Source: Acidobacteriota bacterium
Lineage (GTDB): Bacteria; Acidobacteriota; UBA890; WLXD01
Direction of reading: 5' to 3'
NCBI GenBank assembly: GCA_965248695.1
Contig: CBDFKD010000002.1
Location: 4,128,001 to 4,192,000, forward strand
DNA length: 64,000 nucleotides
In this document: one piece after another, positions 57,295-64,000 of the stretch
Position numbering within the stretch: position 1 is the stretch's first letter
How the letters are laid out: every line of letters begins with the position of its first letter
Position numbers and translations under genes: made by a program
The notes under the pieces: model-generated
The model's input: the letters and a program-made list of their open reading frames with translations, nothing else
What the model was told of the DNA's origin: nothing
The model's database searches: none

Positions 57295-59973
57295 TCAGCC
57301 CTCTTCGCGTAGCGTTGTCGCCGGGTCGATGGACGCTGCCCGGCGTGCCGGCACCCAGGCTGCGAGCAGGGCCGAGGCAGCCAGTGAGACGACCACCGTG
57401 AGCATCGTGAGCGCATCGGTCGGTGCGATCCCGACGAGGAAGTCGCGTAGCAGCGGGCCCAGTAACGCTGACACCAGCAGTCCCGCGGCGCTGCCGGCGA
57501 CGACGATGCCGAGGCTGAACTTCATCATCAACGATCTGACGTCGGCTGGCCGCCCACCCAGCGCCATGCGGATGCCGAGCTCGCGGCGTCGCTGGCCGAG
57601 GGTATAGGAGACGATGCCGTAGACGCCCGCTACCGCCAGCACGAAGCCGAGCGCTCCGAGGGCGCCGGCTACGCTGCTGGCAAGCCGTTGCGGCAGCAGG
57701 AAGAACTCGATCACCTGCGCTAATGGCTGCAGTGTCGGGACGCTCAGTGTGGCGTCGGCGCGCTCCAAGTGCTCCGCAACCAGACGCTGGAGCGCCGCCG
57801 GCTCGCCGTCGCTCCGGATCACCAGGCTCATGCGTCCGCTGGGACGCTGGGCGAACGGTAGATACAGCAGCGCGTCGATGCCGTCATTTTGGATCACGTG
57901 ACGGGTGTCGCTGACGACACCGATAACCTCGATCTCCTCGCCGGCGATTGCGAGGCGCTGGCCGACTGCGCCACGCGGCCAGAACTGCGACGCCATGCGT
58001 GCGTTCACCACGGCAACGGGCGCGCCGTTGGCGTCGTCGATGGTGCGCAGCGCGGTGCCCTGTTCAACCGCGATGCCGACCGCGTCGAAGTAGCTCGGGC
58101 TGACGATGTGCGCGTCCACGAAGAAGGCGTCCTGGCCCTGCGGGGGCTCGCGCCCGGGAATATTGATTGCCACCGGGCTGCGTGCCACGCCGAGGGGGGT
58201 GTTGGCGGTAAGCCCGGCGCCGGCGACATCGGGCTCGGCGGTGAGGCCGGCGGCCAGGTCGCGGAAAAACACGTGCGCTTCCGTGTCGCTGTAGCTCTCC
58301 GGCGGCAGCCCAACCGTTGCCATGCTCAGTCCGACGGTGGGGAACCCGGGATCGAGCTCCTGGCCCCGCTGGAAGGCGCGCAGAAACAGCCCGGCGGTGA
58401 TGAGCAGGACCACCGATACCGCGACCTGGCCTACCACGAACATCTGTCGGAGCCTGGCGGTGTTCGAGGCGCCGCTGCGCGAGGTACGCATGACGGTGCC
58501 TTGCTCGCCACGAATCGCTTTGATTGCCGGGCTCAGGCCGGTGGCGAGCGCGGTGATCAGAGCCACTGCCGCGGTGATGCCGAGGACCCGGCCGTCGAGC
58601 GCCATGCTGAAGCCGAGAGGTATGGGCAGCGATTCGATGAAGGCCCCCAGAAGGCCGCTCACCTGCAACGCCACCAGCACCGCCGCTCCGGCGCCGAGCG
58701 CGAACAGCAACAGGGTCTCCGTGAGGATTTGCCGCACGACGCGTGTCGGAGTGGCGCCCAGCGCCATGCGCGTGGCGATCTCTGCGCGCCGACTGTGCCC
58801 GCGGGCCAGCAACAGGTTGCCGACGTTCAGGCACGCCGCCAGCAGCACCAGCGCCGACAGCGTCAGCAGGATCCCGAGGAAACCGATGACCGGGGCAACC
58901 AGGCTCTGGTCGAGGCCACTCAACGGAGACAGCGTGACGCGGCGGCTCCGGTTCATGTCGGGATGCTCGCGCTCCAGCTGTGCCGCAATGGCGTTGAGCT
59001 CATCGCTGGCCGCCGCGATCGTATCCCCGGCGCCGAGCCGTCCGAACATCTCGAGGGCCTGTTCGCCACGCGAGCGCAGCTCGGTGCCCGGTCGCAGTCG
59101 ATCCATTGCTGCCAGCGGTAACCACACTTCCGACGGGAACCCGATGAAGCGTCCGGTGAACCCCGCCGGCAGTATCCCGACGACGGTGAAATCGACGCCG
59201 TCGAGCTGGATGTCGTTGCCGATGAGGTCGTCGGCGCCGGCGAAGCGCCGCTGCCAGAAGCCGTGGCTGACCACCGCGACGTTGCCGCCGCGATCGGTTT
59301 CCGCCTCGCGTGCGGTGAACGTGCGACCGCGGGCCGGTGTCACACCCAGCACCTCGAAGTAGTCTGCCGAGCTCAGCTGGCCTCGGACACGCTCACCGTT
59401 GATCTTGTCGCCCAGACGCAGCCCGACGCCGCTGTGTGCTACCAGCCCTTCCAGCGATCCCTGCCGGGAGCGGTAGTCGTCGTACTCGGGAAACGAGAAA
59501 CCGAGGAAGCTGTTGGCGCCCGGCTGGTCTAGGTGCACGTCGACCAATCGCCCAGGCTCGCGAACCGGCAGAGGGCGCAGCAGGATCTCGTTCACCAGCG
59601 TGAATACGGCCGTGTTGGCGCCCATGCCGAGGCCGATCGCTCCGGTACACAGCAGCGTCAGAGTCGGAGCGCGCATCAGCCCGCGGGCACCGTAGCGTAT
59701 GTCCTGTAGCCAACCATCCATTGCAGGGTCCTCTTGACCGTGTCGATGCGACCGGCGAGTAGGGATTTTGCGTCGTACGGTATGTGCCCAGGCCGGCAGC
59801 AGTCCGACCAGCAAGTCGAAGATAGCGTGCAGCCAGAATCGCCACGCGGGCGCGGCGGCACCGGAGTCGTCCCACGCCGAGGCCAGTGCCTCGTCGATGG
59901 CGGCGCGGTGCCGAACACGGAAGCCCGGCGGCAGGAGGTGCAGCAGGGCTCGATACGTCCAGGGCTTGCTCAT
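57295..59973 (-). CDS. Duplicated MacB/FtsX ABC permease (ADOP type) with N-terminal prefix domain
   Basis: YRALLHLLPPGFR...RFW prefix; [48 protein letters not shown]. Confidence 0.93.
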   Translation of the reverse strand: MSKPWTYRALLHLLPPGFRVRHRAAIDEALASAWDDSGAAAPAWRFWLHAIFDLLVGLLPAWAHTVRRKIPTRRSHRHGQEDPAMDGWLQDIRYGARGLMRAPTLTLLCTGAIGLGMGANTAVFTLVNEILLRPLPVREPGRLVDVHLDQPGANSFLGFSFPEYDDYRSRQGSLEGLVAHSGVGLRLGDKINGERVRGQLSSADYFEVLGVTPARGRTFTAREAETDRGGNVAVVSHGFWQRRFAGADDLIGNDIQLDGVDFTVVGILPAGFTGRFIGFPSEVWLPLAAMDRLRPGTELRSRGEQALEMFGRLGAGDTIAAASDELNAIAAQLEREHPDMNRSRRVTLSPLSGLDQSLVAPVIGFLGILLTLSALVLLAACLNVGNLLLARGHSRRAEIATRMALGATPTRVVRQILTETLLLFALGAGAAVLVALQVSGLLGAFIESLPIPLGFSMALDGRVLGITAAVALITALATGLSPAIKAIRGEQGTVMRTSRSGASNTARLRQMFVVGQVAVSVVLLITAGLFLRAFQRGQELDPGFPTVGLSMATVGLPPESYSDTEAHVFFRDLAAGLTAEPDVAGAGLTANTPLGVARSPVAINIPGREPPQGQDAFFVDAHIVSPSYFDAVGIAVEQGTALRTIDDANGAPVAVVNARMASQFWPRGAVGQRLAIAGEEIEVIGVVSDTRHVIQNDGIDALLYLPFAQRPSGRMSLVIRSDGEPAALQRLVAEHLERADATLSVPTLQPLAQVIEFFLLPQRLASSVAGALGALGFVLAVAGVYGIVSYTLGQRRRELGIRMALGGRPADVRSLMMKFSLGIVVAGSAAGLLVSALLGPLLRDFLVGIAPTDALTMLTVVVSLAASALLAAWVPARRAASIDPATTLREEG

Positions 59974-60299
59974 GCGCCCCTGTGCCCGAGGTTGCGACGC
60001 GCCACTGCGGCGAGCTGGCCAAGCCGATCTGCCTCGGCAGCCAGCCGGTCGGCGCCGGTATCCGTGAGACGGTAGAAGCGTCGCCGTCGACTCTCGCCCT
60101 GCGGATGGCCGCTGCCGCTGAGCTCTTCGACCAGCTCGGCGTGGCGCAGCTCATCGAGGGTTCGATAGAGCGTCACCGGCCACAGGCGTACGGTGCCGTC
60201 GGTGAGCTCCAGTACCCGCCGCACGATGCCGCTGCCGTGTCGATCATCATCGGACAGCGCCAGCAGAATCTGGAAGCCGTGCGTGGTCAGCGTCGTCAC
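59970..60299 (-). CDS. PadR family transcriptional regulator
   Basis: FQILLAL...RHGSGI, LWPVTLYRTL, RRRFYRLT..G; ATGA overlap with permease. Confidence 0.93.
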   Translation of the reverse strand: MTTLTTHGFQILLALSDDDRHGSGIVRRVLELTDGTVRLWPVTLYRTLDELRHAELVEELSGSGHPQGESRRRRFYRLTDTGADRLAAEADRLGQLAAVARRNLGHRGA

Positions 60300-60326
60300 T
60301 GCGTTTCCTCTCCGGTGGGTCTGGTA

Positions 60327-60355
60327 CTACACATATGTATCATACATACATGTAG
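60327..60355. promoter_or_regulatory. Putative PadR operator
   Basis: CTACA-CA-TATGTAT-C-ATACATA-CA-TGTAG AT-rich dyad upstream of padR. Confidence 0.7.
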
Positions 60356-60407
60356 CATATAGCGAGATCCGCCACCCGCGGTGGCGCCCCGTGGCACGAT
60401 TGCAGCC

Positions 60408-60875
60408 ATGGAGATCAGCCTCGACCAGTCACCCTACGCTCGGTTCCTCGGCGCCGAGCTGGTGCGCACCGAAGAGGGTCTGATCGAGATCCGCCTGCCT
60501 TTCCGAGACGACTTCCTGCGGATGGACGACTCGGATTGGTACCACGGCGGAATCATCAGCGCGCTGGCCGACATTGCCGGTGCCTTCGCGGTGTTGATGG
60601 CAGCCGGCGAGGGGAGCGGCGCCACCATCGATCTGCGCATCGACTACCTGAAACCGGCCCAGCGGGGCGACCTGGTGGCGATCGGGCGGGTGGTGAAGAT
60701 CGGTCGTCGGATCTGCCGTGCCGACATGGAGGTTCGCGACGCCAGCGGTGATCTGGTGGCCATCGGCCGGGGTGCGTTCATGGGGGCGGGAGCCATGGAA
60801 CGCGCGATCTTCCGTGCCAGGAACTCGAAGAGCTCGGGATCGAAGCCACCGGCGCGTCCGCCGCCGAAGTTGTAG
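60408..60875 (+). CDS. PaaI family thioesterase with aberrant C-terminal tail
   Basis: YHGGIISALAD, TIDLRIDYLKPA, KIGRR, AIGRGAF; the last ~30 aa are antisense of the neighbouring gene. Confidence 0.88.
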   Translation: MEISLDQSPYARFLGAELVRTEEGLIEIRLPFRDDFLRMDDSDWYHGGIISALADIAGAFAVLMAAGEGSGATIDLRIDYLKPAQRGDLVAIGRVVKIGRRICRADMEVRDASGDLVAIGRGAFMGAGAMERAIFRARNSKSSGSKPPARPPPKL

Positions 60876-61336
60876 CTATAGGCACTGGAAAAGTTCGCCG
60901 GCCCGTGGTGAGTGTGGGTGGCGGCGATCACCACCTCATGCCGGCCGAGCTTCGCGACCGGCCCGCTGTCGGACTGAAGGATCTCGAGCACGCGATCGGT
61001 GAGCCCGCCAGCGACCATGTCGAGGTCGCAGGCGACCATGGCGACGCGGTGCCCCTGTGCGTCCTCCAGATAAACGGCTCGCGCCCAGAGCCGCGTCCAG
61101 AACCCGCGTGCGAACCGCGCCGAGGGCCCGAACCCGAGGGTCGAGTAGCCCGGCGGAGGTGTGATGTCCTCTTTGGCTGCGCCGGCCCGGAAAGTATCTG
61201 CTCCAGCGTTGGCGAGTACTGGAAAGGTGCTGGTGCGCATTGGCTCGCCGCGCGGATCGACGGGCTGGGCCAGGGTGCATCCCGAGAACAACAAGGCGGC
61301 TGTCAGCAGTGCCGAGACGCGCAGGCGTGTGTGCAT
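60644..61336 (-). pseudogene. Truncated neutral/alkaline ceramidase-family lipoprotein (N-terminal fragment)
   Basis: Lipobox FSGC, AGAAKEDITPP, RLWARAVYL, ATHTHHGP; family-like sequence ends near 60795 and runs antisense into the thioesterase. Confidence 0.75.
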
Positions 61337-61432
61337 CGTGTCTCCGGGCCAGTACAGGAGTGTCCGTGAGCGCTGCCGCGCCCCGTTTACTGGAAGCCGA
61401 TCCGAGTCGGTTTTCCGAAGTCGGCCGTGCAG

Positions 61433-62215
61433 CTAGCTCAGATTGTGCCGCAGCGTCTGCCACAGCGCTCGGACCCCGTCGCGCCAGGTGATCTTCTTGC
61501 CCTCCTCATAGGTGCGCCCGTGGTAGGAGATCGGCACCTCGTAGATGCGCAGGTTGGCGCGGGCGACGTCGGCAGTGATCTGAGGCTCGAAGCCGAAGCG
61601 ATCTTCGGTCAGGCGAAGGCTAGGCAGAGCCTCGGCCTTGAAGACCTTGTAGCAAGTCCACACATCGCCGAGATTCAGATTGGTGAGCATGTTGGACATG
61701 GTCGTCAGCACCCAGTTACCGACCGAATGCCAGTAGTACAGAACTCGGTGCGGGCCGCCGTGGAAACGCGACCCGAAAACCACATCAGCCAGCCCCTCGC
61801 GAATGGGTTGGAGAAGCCGGTCGTAGTCTCGCGGGTCGTACTCCAGATCGGCGTCCTGGATGAGGATGACGTCGCCGCGGACGACTCCGAAGCCGGTGCG
61901 AAGCGCGGCACCTTTGCCCTGGTTGTGCTCGTGGAACAGCACGCGGATGTTGCTGACATCGAAACCCCAGGCGCCCGGCTCTCCAGCCTGGCTGGAGATC
62001 TCGCCCTGGGCGCCGTCTCGAGAGCCTTCGTCGGACGTGGAGCCAGCTGCCGCGACGTCGGCCGCGAGCCTCTCCAGGAGCTCACGGGTGCCATCGGTCG
62101 ATCCGTCGTCGATGAGCACGATCTCCTTGGGAATCGGCGAGGCTTGCACTCGGCGCAGGATCTCCTCGATCGTGGCGCGCTCGTTGTAGACCGGGATGAC
62201 TACTGACAGCAGCAC
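61433..62215 (-). CDS. GT2 glycosyltransferase (polyprenol-phosphate glycosyltransferase-like)
   Basis: LSVVIPVYNE, IDDGSTDGT, NQGKGAA, IQDADLEYDP, VFGSRF, GKKITWRDG. Confidence 0.93.
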   Translation of the reverse strand: MLLSVVIPVYNERATIEEILRRVQASPIPKEIVLIDDGSTDGTRELLERLAADVAAAGSTSDEGSRDGAQGEISSQAGEPGAWGFDVSNIRVLFHEHNQGKGAALRTGFGVVRGDVILIQDADLEYDPRDYDRLLQPIREGLADVVFGSRFHGGPHRVLYYWHSVGNWVLTTMSNMLTNLNLGDVWTCYKVFKAEALPSLRLTEDRFGFEPQITADVARANLRIYEVPISYHGRTYEEGKKITWRDGVRALWQTLRHNLS

Positions 62216-62420
62216 GCTCTGATTGCCTTTCTCACGATGGGCACGATAGCCGTCCGTGCCGCGACCCATCCCACCCTCGGGTCGCCGGCTGCGGGCGGCC
62301 TCCGGCGGCGTCCGACCCTCGGGGCGATCGGATAAACTTGCGCTCTTCTGCGCCTCCGTAGATCGACCCATGCTGGCCGAGACGGTGGTTCAGCTGTTCC
62401 GCGACCGGGAGTAACTCGTC

Positions 62421-64000
62421 GTGCGCAAGCCAGCTGACCGCAGGCAAGTCGTTCTGATCGGCCTGTTCTTCTTCCTGCTGTCGTTGCTTTTCACGTATCC
62501 CGTGTGGACGCGACCGAACTCGGTGCTCAACGAGGTTCTGGATGTCGCGCTGAACACGTGGATCCTGGCCTGGGATGCGCACGCCCTCCTGCATCAGCCG
62601 CTGGAGCTGTTCAACGCTAACATGTTCTTCCCGCACGAACGCACGCTGGCGTTCTCGGAGAACATGCTCGGATCGGCCATCGCCGTGGCGCCGCTGAACT
62701 GGTGGGGCAAGCCGCTGCTGGCATACAACGTCGTGCTGTTCGCCTCGTTTCTACTCTCGGGCGTGGCGACGACACTGTGGGTGCGGGGGATCTCCGGGAG
62801 CCTGCTGGCGGGGCTCGTCGCCGGGTTCGTCTGGGCCTTCGCGCCGGTCAAGTTCGACCACCTGGCGCACCTTCAGTTGCTCACCGGCCAATGGATCCCG
62901 TTCACGCTGCTCGCCATCGCCCGCTATTTCGACAGCGGTAGGCGACGCTACGCGGTAGCGGCCGGCGGTTTCTTTGGCCTGCAGTACCTGTCGGGGATCT
63001 ACCTCGGATTGATGTTCCTGCCGTTCGCCCTGATCTACGCCGGGCTTCTGTTCTTGCATCGTAGGGCCACCGGGCAGATCTCCGTGGATCGCCGGTTCCT
63101 GCACGATGGGCTCATTGCGGCGACGATCGCCGCCGTCCTGGTGGTACCGATCAGTCTGCCGTACCTACAGGTGAGCGCCGCCGAGGGGTTCCAGCGCGAC
63201 CTGCGCCAAACCAGCGGTGCAACGATACAAGCCTATCTGTCGGCGAGCTGGCACAACCGTGCGCCTCATATGAGGGCGTTGACCGTCACCTACAACGCGG
63301 CCGAGGCCAACTTCTTCCCCGGCGTTGTGCCTTCGGCATTGTTCATCGCCGGGCTCCTGTTGTTGCTACCAAGGGCGTGTCGTCAGCGCTGGCCCGGGGA
63401 CGTTGCCGCTGCGTCCGGATCGGGCGGCGCCCGATCGCCTGGCAGACCCCGGGGTCCGCCGCCCGACTCTGAGGCGCCAGCGGTGACCGAGGAGGAGCCA
63501 CCCCCGGTGGCTCGGCGGCTCCTGTGGTTGGCGCTCGCTGCCAGTATGTTGCTCGGTGCGCTGCACATCGCCGGCTTCCTGGTTGCGAGCTGGTCGACAA
63601 GTCCGTCAGCGTTCGACGTGGTGCTCGACCTTTGCGAGCGTCTCCACCCTTCGTCGTGGCTCGTGCTGACATCGGGAATCGCCATAACGCTCTGGTTGCG
63701 GTACCGGCCAGCGTTGCCGGCGGCGGCGGCCCACTACACGATCCTGGGCTTCATGCTTCTGATCAGCTACCTACTGGCGTTCGGACCGAGGGTCGTCGGC
63801 TGGGACGCGGATCTGGGCATGGGCCCGTACCGCGTTCTCTACGAGCTCGCGCCCTATCGGAGCATCCGCGCCGTGGGTCGGTTTGGCCTGCTGTGGACCT
63901 TGTTCTTCGCCGCCATGCTGGGCTTTGGCCTGGAGGCGTGGCGCGAGTCGCTGCGAGCGCGGGCGAGAATCGATGCCTGGCGCCGCATCCGGGTCGCGGC
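62421..64000 (+). CDS. Multi-TM YfhO/GT-C-like membrane protein (partial; runs off window)
   Basis: Own translation, not in ORF track: GTG with GGGAG RBS; DVALNTWILAWDAHALL..LFNANMFFPHERTLAFSE, AFAP..F.HLAHLQL, SIRAVGRF; open to window end. Confidence 0.8.
   Translation, partial: MRKPADRRQVVLIGLFFFLLSLLFTYPVWTRPNSVLNEVLDVALNTWILAWDAHALLHQPLELFNANMFFPHERTLAFSENMLGSAIAVAPLNWWGKPLLAYNVVLFASFLLSGVATTLWVRGISGSLLAGLVAGFVWAFAPVKFDHLAHLQLLTGQWIPFTLLAIARYFDSGRRRYAVAAGGFFGLQYLSGIYLGLMFLPFALIYAGLLFLHRRATGQISVDRRFLHDGLIAATIAAVLVVPISLPYLQVSAAEGFQRDLRQTSGATIQAYLSASWHNRAPHMRALTVTYNAAEANFFPGVVPSALFIAGLLLLLPRACRQRWPGDVAAASGSGGARSPGRPRGPPPDSEAPAVTEEEPPPVARRLLWLALAASMLLGALHIAGFLVASWSTSPSAFDVVLDLCERLHPSSWLVLTSGIAITLWLRYRPALPAAAAHYTILGFMLLISYLLAFGPRVVGWDADLGMGPYRVLYELAPYRSIRAVGRFGLLWTLFFAAMLGFGLEAWRESLRARARIDAWRRIRVA

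Overview
High-GC bacterial chromosomal window, most likely Acidobacteriota or a relative; this is inferred from the PadR + duplicated ABC-permease pairs, ECF/anti-sigma/HEAT cassettes and a YfhO-like membrane protein. It holds about 55 CDS: two ECF sigma/anti-sigma cassettes, lutC-lutB-aas, a sigma54 regulator/kinase pair with an OmpA target, a near-complete purine catabolism cluster (puuD, xanthine dehydrogenase, allB-alc-uraD-uraH plus an unassigned aldolase-fold gene), a TetR-MMPL/LolA-like/beta-barrel operon, a vapBC pair, peptidases and glycosyltransferases. I saw no rRNA, tRNA or CRISPR array. The best candidates for something undescribed are: (1) a PadR + N-terminal 'prefix domain' module that appears on both an ABC permease and a TonB protein, the latter split by an in-frame TAG; (2) a CarH/LitR-like regulator that has lost both cobalamin-ligand motifs but keeps an 11-bp-phased operator shared with a divergent unknown small protein. 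Also present are a 208-bp MITE-like element, readable sigma54/ECF/TetR/PadR sites, two frameshifts and two gene-truncation scars. All family assignments come from motif recognition by eye; no searches were run.
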